This document shows, in pieces, positions 1 to 11,443 of a stretch of 33,598 nt of DNA (the first letter of the stretch is position 1; every line of letters starts with the position of its first letter). A program made the translations under genes and the position numbers. Source of the DNA: Paraglomus brasilianum. Lineage: Eukaryota. The notes beneath the pieces are model-generated. The model saw only the letters and a program-made list of their open reading frames with translations. It was not told the DNA's origin and made no database searches. The DNA is taken from positions 1 through 33,598 of the forward strand of contig CAJVPI010000356.1 in assembly GCA_910592345.1 (NCBI GenBank), read 5' to 3'.

Positions 1-3000
1 GGATCCAAGATTTTCGTCGGCCAAGAATGTGTTCGAATCCAAAATTTCCAGAGTAATCTTCTCATTCGGACTATAAACGGATACAAAATGAACTTCTTCC
101 CACACTGGATTTCTAGTAGAACGAGCAACTACTGTGGTAGCAACTTCTTTAGCGGAACCATCGATAATACGGACATAGGGATCTGTTGTTGTAAGGAAAC
201 TGCTGCTCTTTGAAAGGTCCTTTGCACGACTAATCTTTAATCTGACAATACCGATTATACCACCCGATTCGGTTTCGGTTTCAGTTTCTTCCTCAACTTC
301 GCGTGCCAACTTCTTACGGTCTTCCTCGGTTATCTTGTCTTTACTCTTGAGAAGAGCTCCAAAGGATTTATCACTTTCAATAGCGTCTTCTTCGACTTCG
401 TATCTCTCGATGACAAGTTGCCGTGCTGCCTCGAGCACTTCTGCTTCGACCGCGGCGTCATTGATTTGAGCAGACAACCACTTGGACGACTTTTCGTATG
501 ACTGAGCCCATTCTTCACGATGATCGACGCACACATAACGTAGATACCAAAGCAAGACCGCGGTGATACGGACTTCAGAACTAACCGTGGTTGTCTTGGA
601 GTACGAAGAGTAGTGTTTGTCCAAGTGTTGCTTAGACTCTTCAACGCTTTCGTATCCGAGCAACTCTGAGATCTTTTGATTGTGTTCGTATGAACCGGTT
701 TCACTTTGATATGAGACGAAGCGGCGAACGATGCGGACGGTGATGATACGTCGAGTGATAATTGTCCGTTGAACCGTAGTGGCAACCATACGTTTGTGTT
801 CCTCGCTTTCCCACTGATCGAATTTGAAGTGTTCGATCACGAAGCGATTAGAGGCAATATATAGACGTTCTTCGACGTCTGCATCATTGATATTTACATT
901 GAGCCATTCTTCCGTTTTTGCACAGCTTCCAATCCACTCATTATTATGTTTCCACAATAAGATTCTCAAGAATGAAGTCACAAGGACTGCAGTGAGGACT
1001 TTCTTGTCGAGTAACTTGAGTTGTTCGTCGTCGGAAATTCGAGCTGTAAATGCAGAGATAAGTTCAGTCTCGGATGTAAAGTTGAACAGTCTCGCCAAGC
1101 GTTTGTTAAGTACGAAAGAACCATCTTGACGCTGGAGTGTGATGAGAAGGAACAAGTGACGAATATTTATAGTGCTGATATCAATTTTAGCTCCATCGTC
1201 CACGTCAAAGTCGGTGAATGAATAAAAGTCACAGATAACGTGCAACTGTCCTTTCTTAGATCCCTTGTATCTGAGGTCCACGTATTTGTCAATGTGCTTG
1301 CCTTCAACATGGCCATCCGCGCAAAGCTTGACAAAGTCTTTCAATTCTAGACTGTACAAGCCCAAGAGCGTGTCGCTGAGTAATGCGTTATAGTCGTAAA
1401 CGGTAAGCGTATACTTGTCTTTAATTTCGTATACTGGAATGTAAAAGATTTCGTTCCATCGCGGTGAGTTGTTATTATAGATTGTTTGCGTCTTTCCAAT
1501 TTGCCAGCCGGAATGTGCATTGGTAATCTTAACATATGGGTCAGATTTTCCACCACTGAACCACCAATCAGCTGAGGGGAGTTTCTTTGCGCTGACAATA
1601 TGAATACGTGCAATACCGAGAAGCTTCTTGGCGACTGTTGAGCATGAACGTAAAAAAAAAAAAAAAGGGGGGGGGGGGTAAATTCTCAAGAACGATGCAA
1701 CAGTACTTGGGGGGGGGGGTTCGAATCAAAAGATAATTACCAAGTTCTCGTGTACTCTGAGTTCTGCCTTCGCGGGTGTCGACCTTTTGCGATGCAATTT
1801 CTTTTTCCCAAGTAACGTCAAGGTTTACTGTTTCTGTGTCGACAGAATAATGGCTAATAGCAATTTCTTTTACGACGCGGAATGCATCGATTTCAACTGC
1901 CTCCTTGTTTCCAAATTGAGCCCAAAGCCATCGGTAAGCCGACCAATAGCTGTTAATCCAAATTTGCCGGTGATCTATAGCCACGTAGCGATAATAATAA
2001 AGCATGAAAATAGTAACCCAGACATGCGTTTCGAGTTGAGTTATCCTTGCGCTTAATTTGCGCTTAGCAACTGCATCGTTGATGCTATTACGAAGGTTTT
2101 CTGAATTCTTGAAACCAACGAGCTTGGCCAAATCATCATCTATCTTGAAGGCACCATTACTGCTTTGGTACTGGAAGGTACGACGAATGTGGCTAATTTT
2201 CACGGTTTTGCGGGTTGGCCTCGTTAACAAAGAGCCTAAAAAAAAGAGAGGGAAAATGATAAGTTTCGTTGCTTATTTCAAGCATAGATTACAATTTCAT
2301 AGTACGACTTTATACATACTTTGATCTAGCGAGATGTTAAACAGCTTGCTGACAGTATTTCCACCGGCGATGAAAACAACTTCTTCCACTTCCAGATTGT
2401 TAGCTTTTTCACTAATATATCGTTCCGCGCGATCATAGACACCACTCCATTCGCTTTGGTAGTCTTTCAACAGAAGCTTCAAAAACCAGATAACCATACT
2501 CGTGACCCAAACGGCTTCACTCAGCTTTTGCGCCCTCTCGTCCTTACACTCGGCTTTGAAGGCTTGAACAAGAAGAGTTCCTGTTTCCAAACCAAACAAA
2601 TTGGCCAATTTATCTGACGCCAAGAAACTACCATTTGGTTCTTGGTGGAAAAGAAGAGCGTAGAATGCCGATAGATCGTATGGTTTTTTGCGAAGATTTT
2701 CAATAAAGTCTGGACCAGGTTGATGAAGAGTCGATAGAGGGAAGAATTTGGCGCGGTAGTGAAGCTGTCCCTTCTTTGGTAGTTTTTCCCATCTAAAATT
2801 GACCAAAATAAAAGGTTTAGAGACGTGAATTCGATAATGGTGACTTGTGCAATTAAAAAGTTTGACTTTACCTGTCGATACCTTTCTCGGTGCCTACATA
2901 TGCACCCTTGACCAATTTGACAAGTTCATCAGTAACTTGGAAAGTTATCTTGCCGAGAGTCTTATGTTTCGTGAAAGTGTTAAAATCCATCAATTCGAAT

Positions 3001-4378
3001 ATAAATTTCTCGTTAAGTTGTTTTATTGGCAGATAATGAACTTCATTCCAAACAGGATTCAAATCATCGTCGATGACTCTGGTAGTAGCAATGATATTGT
3101 TGCTTCCATGTGGAAAGACGCGAACATAAGGATCCGATTTGCCTAATGACATTTTTTTTTTTTTCAAGAAATGAATTGTGAGTATTCTAAAACGTTTTCC
3201 TTGACTACAGAAATCGGCATGATGGTTAAGTTTTTAGTACCTCCAGGAACCCAATTGTCAACATTCAAAACGTCCTTTGCTTGAACAAACTCGATTCTCA
3301 ATACACCAATAGCATTGGCTGAACAGAAAAACAAATCGAATTATATTAAGTACGGGGCAATGCGGCTAGAAAATCATCAAAAAATTGACACCGAATGCAC
3401 TGACATCTCACATACCAGATTTAGGTGTGTTGATAGGTATCGTAACCCAAATTGCAGACTTGCCACTTTTTCCGAAAGCCTTGGAAGTAGTGTCGGCCAA
3501 CACGATTTGCGCAGTCTCTTTTACGGTGCCCTTGATGTCTAACACGAGCTGCGGATTGTTTTGTAAAGCGAGATGACCTTCTTTCGTGAAAATCCATCGC
3601 TGGTTGTTGGCATTAGCAAGAGTTTTTCGCGCGTTAAAGACGAGACGACCACCGACTTTGCCTGATTTGAGATTAGCAAACCAAACAAAGAGTATGAGTG
3701 CCAAGTAGGTAAATAGTCACGATCATGATGACAATGAGATTATATTATTATAAATGCGAGCACGATTTTAATTCTAAACTAATTCCGGGACGTTTTACGA
3801 TAATAAACTATCTACCCGAATGTTAGTATGACTATGATATTCCCGATCATTGTAGACGTCTTGATGTTGATAGTTTTTATAATAAACTATTTCTGTGATT
3901 TATTTACATGATACGTAGATACATATAAACAAACTAGGCAAGGCGGGGATAGAAAATACTTTTACATATTTCATATAACCCTGCATTAAAAAAATTATCT
4001 CCACAGTCACATGATCTAACCGCATCTATCTCGATTTGGGGCATGTGATTTTCATCTAATATCGATCTACATCTAAACTTAAGCATCTACATCAAATTAT
4101 CAAATTAAAACAGACACATTACCGCCTTCAACCTCGAGGACATTGTTCGAACTCTTGTGGACTATCCAGCCGTTGTCGTATCTCCATAATTGATTTTGAT
4201 CGTGATCAGTGTTACTCTTTTGACGTGCAAGGATACTCTTGGAACCACTCCAGAAACCACGTTCAAGGTCGATAACTAAATTCTGAGCGGGGGCAGCGGT
4301 TGTAGAAGTCCCAGAGGGGGAAGCCACCGACTTGATGTAAAAGTCTCCGCGAGGAAACTCTTGCGTTTCGATAGTCAT
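1..4378 (-). CDS. Multi-exon modular protein (>=1151 aa, 3' end outside window): ricin-B/CBM13 lectin-like N-terminus, three tricalbin-type C2 domains, four helical domains resembling the VWA5A/PARP4 C-terminal domain
   Basis: Exons 4378-4123, 3661-3416, 3318-3241, 3142-2872, 2792-2320, 2235-1741, 1634-<1. All introns are GT-AG, phases balance and there are no internal stops. QxW motifs (NQLWRY, NQRWIF) and VLEV/VLDI indicate ricin-B. C2 motifs: GVLRIEFVQAKD...GKSDPYVRV...LNPVWNE; GIARIHIVSAKK...GKSDPYVKI...SPRWNE; GIVRLKISRAKD...TDPYVRI...NPVWEE. The last exon is missing from the ORF track because it has no stop within the window. Confidence 0.88.
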
Positions 4379-5661
4379 GATCGTGTTTCGTTTAATACAC
4401 GTGCGTTGCCAAGATAGAAAATATTGAAGACTTTCTCTTGAAGCAACGAGGGTACAAGAAAATAAATATTAATAAACTAACGTTTTCCGAAATAAAATTT
4501 CGGTGCAAAGAGCTGACAAGTGGGATGATGGCATTTTATGAGTAAAGAGGACTGTGCTACAGATTGTTGATACTTTCCCATACAACAAAGATTTAGATTA
4601 GTATTGCAAAAAAGGGTCGGCTGAGGAAGAGGCTAAACTTATCCGGTCGCACAAGTAAGAGAAAAAGCTTTTCAACGGGATGGGATGATTATTGATGATT
4701 GATAATTGACAATTGATAGTTGATAGTCATGGTTGATTAAATGACATGGATTATGCATATATACATTCCAATTTTCGTGTATATTCAATTGAATTGATTA
4801 TTGCTTTCGTATTTTATTGTCATCGACTAATTTATTCTACAAGCCTTTGCATATCCAACTCTAACAAAGCCACAAGACTATTCCACAAGGTTGTTATTTG
4901 ATTGTATCATATTTGGGTTGTGTAAGACTGGATGATGGTGACGAATATGTTTCCGAGTAACTTGAGATCTTCCCAGATTATAATCATTCGCCTAAACACA
5001 ACAAAGATCATCCCGTTATTCTAAAACATTCTATAACTAAACGGGTTGGAACGTTTTTCATGAAGGGGGCTTGCGTTTTGTTTTACAATATATCTTTTAT
5101 ACAGAATGCAACGCATACGTATAATCATCGGTTTATATATGTTATTGTTATCGTGCATATACAGTAGGCGTGCTTTAGCGTGTCAGTACTCGATGCATAT
5201 AATAGTATTTGCTGTGTAAGGAATCTACAGGTTATGTATTGATTATCGATACTCATCTACTAATTGTGCCATTTTAGAAACATTAACCGTATTCTTTTCA
5301 ACTGCCAAGTCTTTTGTTGCTCTCGTAAATAACATTGTTATTCTAATACGGTAGGAGCCCCTGTCAGGGAACAGTCTAGGCAGAAAGCGACGAACTGGGC
5401 AACAATATGTCTAGAGCATCCTTTGGAACGAAATAACAACATTTGTCTCTTGTTTATTTGTGTGTACAACACAACAGTCATGATTATTGCTATCATATCT
5501 CATTATCACCATCACATCGTCCTATTTCATATTTGGCTATATTTGAGAGTTGGTGCTGCGTTGAACAAACACAGACTGTATTATAAGCTTAAATGCCTGT
5601 TAAGTACAGATTTTCCAGGACTTTCTGATAGTTCCTCCCCGCCCTTTTTGATAAAGAAACT

Positions 5662-5785
5662 TGCAGTATATTAGTATGCAGTTATTATTATACAGTACTT
5701 ATGCAGTATACAGTACTTGGATGCAGTATGTTAATATACAGTACTTGGATGCAGTATACTTGGATGCAGTATATTAGTAACAGTG
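5662..5785. repeat. Degenerate minisatellite built from CAGTACTTGGATGCAGTAT-like units
   Basis: Repeated (a)tgcagtat and cagtactt(gg) subunits in irregular tandem arrangement. Confidence 0.7.
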
Positions 5786-6992
5786 CATAGATATAATTAC
5801 ATCTTTTAATCTTCCAATGTGGCTTAGACGGTTTAAATCATTCCATCTGAAACCATGAACACGACAGAAGAATGGCGTAAGGTACATCCACCATTTTTGA
5901 GTTGAATGAAAAAAGCATTTGATTACAATGTTGTGATCGCCGTTCTTCCCCCCTTAACAATAAACTTCTCAGAATCCAAAACTAAACTGTTGGTCGAGAA
6001 TATGCATACGTAATTGCGGAATATACGTACAAGGAGTAAATGATAACGACACAACGTTTAAAAAAAGATTATACACAACTTTTTCCCTCCCCCACTTTCC
6101 CCCTTCTCCCTCCCCCCAGTTCTAAAACTTAATTGCCAGTAAGCTACATTTCTCGTACTCACATTCTGTTCGATGGGTGGGGATTGGCATAATTAAAAAT
6201 GCCGTGTACAACGTTGTGGAAACACAAGATGCAATAGAAGATAGGGTAAACCGACCCCTGTAGTTATGCAATCAGTGTAGCGCGTGCGATTGTCGACGGT
6301 TGTTCACATGGGTGTCAAAGAAGTCTGTTGGGGACTATCAAGGAGAAACAGTGTTCCAGACATTGCAGCAGAAAAAAAAAAGAGAAAAAAAAAAAAAGAG
6401 AAAAAAGAAAGTCAATTGTTACGTACTGCAGATACAACATTTCCAAACATGCACAGAGTGCATATATTTTAAATATGCATCTGAGAGATCGACATTATCT
6501 TAACACATCTAATTTATACTAAACGGTCGATTTTTAGTTTGACAGCAAGGGTATCCAAAGCACTAATTGATGGGTGTTTACTAGTGTGTTTTATAAACAA
6601 TATCAAGCGAAATTAGATAACAAAACCTTACCGATAACGAAATCGGCCTTGTTTCTTTTTAGTGTACAAGCAACTAGGACCGACTCTGATTGGCCTATCG
6701 ATCAATTGCAAACAGGGAAGAATTTATATCCTGACGATAACGCTAGTAAGAGCCAATTGCAAGAAAGGGGGATTGAGTCTGAGGAGTAGAGTGTGTGGGC
6801 GAACCACTCGACGAGTATATACAAGTTATTTCTAGACGCTGATTGAAGTAACCGTAATTGGAAGTATTCGCAATTGGCGTATTTGATTCACGTGGCAAAG
6901 CGTGAGGTCGGACGTAATTACGGTTTTCTGGAGACCTAACTGGGTATGACGAAGTAAATGGGCTGAAACATGATTTCCGTTAATGCATGTTA

Positions 6993-7040
6993 CAATAATA
7001 ATAATAATAATCATTATTATTATTATTATTATTACTATTA
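6993..7040. repeat. (AAT)n followed by (ATT)n microsatellite, quasi-palindromic
   Basis: An aataataat... run followed directly by an attattatt... run. It explains the poly-Ile ORFs on both strands. Confidence 0.85.
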
Positions 7041-8886
7041 TGCACATAACCCCAAACTTTCGCAATCACTACACGCCGGTTATACTTGACTCGTCAAAAA
7101 ATGTACCACCGGAACGCAATATCTGGTATTGCTTTGTTTATTTATGTCGCATTGCACAATCTTTACTTGCATCCTACGACATGCACCTCCTGCCAAAAGT
7201 GACCGCCACATTGTAATCGGCAAATAAAATTTTGCCTAGTGTCAAATTGGCGGCGCAAGTAATAATAATGATAATAATGGATAATAATGATGATAACAAT
7301 AATAACAATCAAATTACCAGTTTTCCTGTCTTCCGCTTTTTTTTTTTAAAAAAAAAAAAAACTTTCCCGAGCAACCGATCTTTTAAAATCGAAAAGCTAT
7401 GTGGGCTGACTCTTTTGGATCTTACAATGAGGCGGTCTCAGCGCTTGAGAATGGCCCGAACTAGCCATGTTTTCATGAACAATTTCTTAAAAGATTCATA
7501 TTCCCCAAACTGCTTCTCGTCCAGATTGACCACCAATTTTGAGCAAGCTCTTATTTGTACTGGTGAAACGAATCTCTTGAACAGATGATCTAATCTGGTA
7601 CAGTTTGCTTCACGCAGTCATTTGGAGTAATGAATCTCGGTTGAATAGTAGTTGCTTGAAAAGAGAAAAACTACGTTTTCTGCCCCCAATTGAACGAACA
7701 AAAACCCTTGTCAATAAATAAAAAAAGTTGGTAAGGTATCTTGAAGAGTTAACATATAATATACCTTTTATAATAAAACAGCATATCATCCAAAGAGGCA
7801 GTCACTTCTAAGCGCTATGTAACTGACATAGTTCTCGAAATTCGTCGAACATGACGGTAATCTCATTCAAGCGTCATGCTACCAATTTTGTAAGCCTCCA
7901 AGGCAGATAATATTGTTTACAGATATTAGTCTTTTCTCTCCAACAAACCTAAAAGTCGTATACACTCATCGAAAACAAAAGCCCAAGGTAATACTATCTT
8001 GTCAATCTACGCCAAAATGATTTTCCGCATAAATAAGTTTCGTGCCATCACGACCCTTTAATTGGATAACATTTTCCATATAAAGTTAAACGGCTTATTA
8101 ATCTTTGTTTAGAAAATAAAGTTACCTTCGTGAAATACAACATTGTCTCTGCAACTGGGGGGAAGTTTGATTTCTATCTAATAGAGTTCTTTGTTATTCT
8201 TGTCTTTTGTTTTCCAATAAGACAGAACAATCTGTTAGCAGAAAGTTTTGTTTGTTTTTTTTGCGACTGAAAACGTTGTTCGATACTTTTACAGTGATAC
8301 AGACAAATTTAAGGGGGGAAGGTACTGCAAGCAGATGTTGGTTCTTCCCCCAAAGACTAAGATGTTTTGCAGTGTAATCTCAGGAAATATACGGACTTGA
8401 TGACGATTACCACATCAGCCTGTAGGAGACATAATTCCCAAGTCGGAAAGCACGTGCGCATCGACATTAGCGAAATTATCTATGAAGAGCGTAGTCAAGG
8501 GTCCATCAAATACTTCGCTCTCCCGCATTAGTTGGCACTACACGAAAAACTTTCATAAATTTCGATGTTGTCACATAATATATTAATATGCACAACGGTT
8601 AGACTAATACCTTAAATATCTGGAACTCATTTCTTGAGACCATATATTAATATAGTCGAAAAATACATTGCTAAAACAACATTGTCTTTATTAAAAAAAG
8701 AGAGAGACCAATATTACTAATACTACTAATACTAAAGACAACATTAGTCTTTACTAAAACGAAGGGGGAAAGCGAAAAGGAAGAAAAAAAGCCATTTTGC
8801 TAGAAATACACAACAGAAATTATAACATTTGCTATTCTCTTAACAAATTTCTACATACCATGACGTAGATTCACGACGAAAATAAA

Positions 8887-9531
8887 CTATGCCTCACATA
8901 TTTTTCTAATTTCAACTTGTACGGCTGGCCAGTTTCTTTCGATATTTACATCTTTGAAACGGGTAAAATCCATTTCTATGTTGAATAGATTACCCTTAAT
9001 GAAATTTCTCCAATCGTGTTCACCAGCGATAGTGACCACAACGAGCTTTATAAGCTCGTAATATACCATACATCCTCTCTCGAAATCAGCCAAGTCTCCC
9101 CATGATTCCCTCGTATCCTTGGTTACGCAGTATCCAATTTCAAATATTGATTTATACAGACTGCCTTGCTGGGATCGAACGCGTTCGGCTAATGTCTTGA
9201 TGTGATCTCTATAATTATCAGGATCGGTGGGGTGGGGGTATAGTTCCTTACAGTCGTCGTCTCTCATTACCACGATCATTTGTTTTGCACAATGTACAAT
9301 GTGCGTGGTGATGTCGTCGTCGTCGTAAAATTTGGTTATCTGACCATCTTCATAATGATGAATGAACGCTCCACCACTAGGTTCAATTATTACACAAGTA
9401 ATTTTGTTTGCGTTATTGGCGTTGTAAAGATCTATTTCATTTCTTAAAAGATCTATTTCATTTTTTAAAAGATCTATTTCATTTCTTATAACAGCCTCTG
9501 ATGATGTTGGGACTTTATCGATAAAAGACAT
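8887..9531 (-). CDS. Hypothetical protein, 214 aa, intronless, with an N-terminal heptad repeat (K/R)NEIDLL x3
   Basis: ATG-started 645-nt ORF with globular-like composition in AT-rich DNA. TATA-like TATTTAAA lies ~80 nt upstream on the minus strand. No family recognised. Confidence 0.7.
   Translation of the reverse strand: MSFIDKVPTSSEAVIRNEIDLLKNEIDLLRNEIDLYNANNANKITCVIIEPSGGAFIHHYEDGQITKFYDDDDITTHIVHCAKQMIVVMRDDDCKELYPHPTDPDNYRDHIKTLAERVRSQQGSLYKSIFEIGYCVTKDTRESWGDLADFERGCMVYYELIKLVVVTIAGEHDWRNFIKGNLFNIEMDFTRFKDVNIERNWPAVQVEIRKICEA
9426..9488. repeat. 21-bp tandem repeat x3 (coding heptad)
   Basis: aaagatctatttcatt(tc/tt)tta repeated three times inside the 214-aa ORF. Confidence 0.9.
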
Positions 9532-10382
9532 GAGAAAATAGAACGCGTAGATAGATAAGAGGGAAAGAGGGAAAACGATATGTGGGTGATCCGCAAACCA
9601 AATTTGGGTTTAAATAGGGGGTAGTTGTTTAGATATCCACCAATGGCTCGAATTTCGCGTGAGCAATACGCGACATGTGAAACCATTTTATGGACATAAA
9701 GCACTACACACAGTTTGACAGTGGGTCAAAAGATTCCAATGATGGAGAAACTGCCTGGAAGATAAACCTTGATCTGGAAGGCCTTGTGAAGCAGTTTCAG
9801 AAAAAACGTCCACAACATGCATAGAGTGGGTGAGTTATAAAGAAATTAAGGGAAGAGCAACAGTCTGCAGTGTGATGCTGCCTAAATAAAGACCTCGAAA
9901 CCTCTGCAGTGTGATGCTGCACCACGTTGCACATCTCAGACAAGTTGAATTATTAATAATCATTCGCCTTGACATATTAATATGTAGAATACTATTACTT
10001 ACTACTACCAACGTTTCCGTTGTCGTCCGCTACTTGCATCATTCTTATGCACTGCTATTCATTATTCGCCTTGGTTACCCGTCGGCAAATGTATGACAAG
10101 GTAAATAACTATATGAAAATATTAGAATACTCTCAACCACAAGGATGGAAAACTCTTAGCAAGTCACTAATTTCCATCACCCGGTTGGCCTATCTGTACG
10201 AGCAGAACATTTACCGTCAGGATGGCAGGCAAAATCATTCCGCTTGCACTTCTGCGTTAATGTTTCGAGGAGAACAACGTCAAGCAGGACGTGTGGGTAA
10301 AAGGAATAGTGCCATCACGATCATGTTTCCCTAATACAAGGTTGACTTTACCCAGTCCCAATCGCATGACAAAAATTCAATA

Positions 10383-10625
10383 CACAGTGAAAGATATAAC
10401 GGATCCGCTTTATCGAAAAACCGATATAGTCAGAAAATGTTCGATATAGCGGTTTTTATTTATTACTTGATATTTATTAAGTTTGTCAATGTAAAAGTAT
10501 ATTCGTCAATAAGAATTGATCAAGGCACGTTTGCAAACTCCACTGTATTTAATCAGTAAAAACTCTGGTTCCAAGAAAAAACTCCGTACCCGTTATATCG
10601 ATGAACCGTTATATCGAGTGTATCT
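10383..10625. mobile_element. Possible degenerate pogo/Tigger-like MITE relic
   Basis: Left end (ca)cagtgaaagatataacggatc; right end gaaccgttatatcgagtg (reverse complement gatataacggttc). Extra internal cgatata / ccgttatatcga motifs. Termini and TSD are eroded. Confidence 0.4.
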
Positions 10626-11443
10626 GCTGATCACTGAATTTTGCATTTCTTGGAGATGGGCAGCTCAAAAATAATCCCGAGAGAAAGGCTTGCCGAATTA
10701 CGTAGCCGAGCAAGAGATATCTTTCATAGCTCAGCTGAAAACAATGAATGGTGGAGAAATAACCGCCAGAGCCAACGTCTGAAAAGGGAAATGCGTACCA
10801 ATAAGAGAGAGCTTACTACTGGGATCGCAATACACTTCTTTGCCAGAAAACGTATCTGGGATTGGTCGCAATTATTTGGAAACATTAGCAACGAACCGCG
10901 TGTGCCGCGATGGGAACCAAATAACCATTGACAAAGACACGTTCCATAGCGTGCATGTGCTCGTACATACAGTACATAAACGTGTTCTCTTTATACTATA
11001 AACTAATACGTTATCCGTTATCATGAATGTACTGTGGAAAATGATAGAGCTATTAAATGTCAAACGGTTTGTCTGCTAGTGGCACGAAATATATGTACGT
11101 GTATGCGTATGTATTTTTTTGTTTACTTATTTTTTCTTTTGATTTACTCGTTCTCCTTAGCAAGTCTGTTACATTTGTCATGTACAACGCAAACAGATAG
11201 ATTTACTTTACAATACATTACTGTTTACAAAAAATTAGACCCCAACCAAGTCCGAGAATCATTACAAATTAAAGCAGGCAGCACTATACATTAAATATAC
11301 AATTCCGTGTCTATGCTGTGATATTATTAAATTACATACGTTTTTTTTTCTTTCGAAAGTTCCGTTCAAGGCCAAAAGCAAATGCCACTTCGTAAGAGCC
11401 GGACGCGTAATCGGAGTGGTACGGAAAATATACTTTTCCTATT

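Noticed and set aside
1652..1718. Poly-A and poly-G runs
   Set aside because: They lie inside an intron (1740-1635) of the C2 gene and cause no coding disruption.
330..2324. ORF-track entries 330-785(-), 824-1129(+), 1021-1221(+), 1347-1613(-), 1787-2056(+), 2058-2324(+)
   Set aside because: Alternate-frame or antisense shadows of the C2 gene exons.
6284..7588. Lys-rich, poly-Ile and Asn-rich short ORFs
   Set aside because: Products of A-tracts and AAT/ATT microsatellites, with no domain signal.
8340..8560. Coding-looking stretch (e.g. VGKHVRIDISEIIYEERSQGSIKYF)
   Set aside because: Interrupted by stops, and no gene model or family could be built.
10641..10931. 96-aa plus-strand ORF
   Set aside because: Non-ATG start and no recognisable motif; cannot be supported as a gene.
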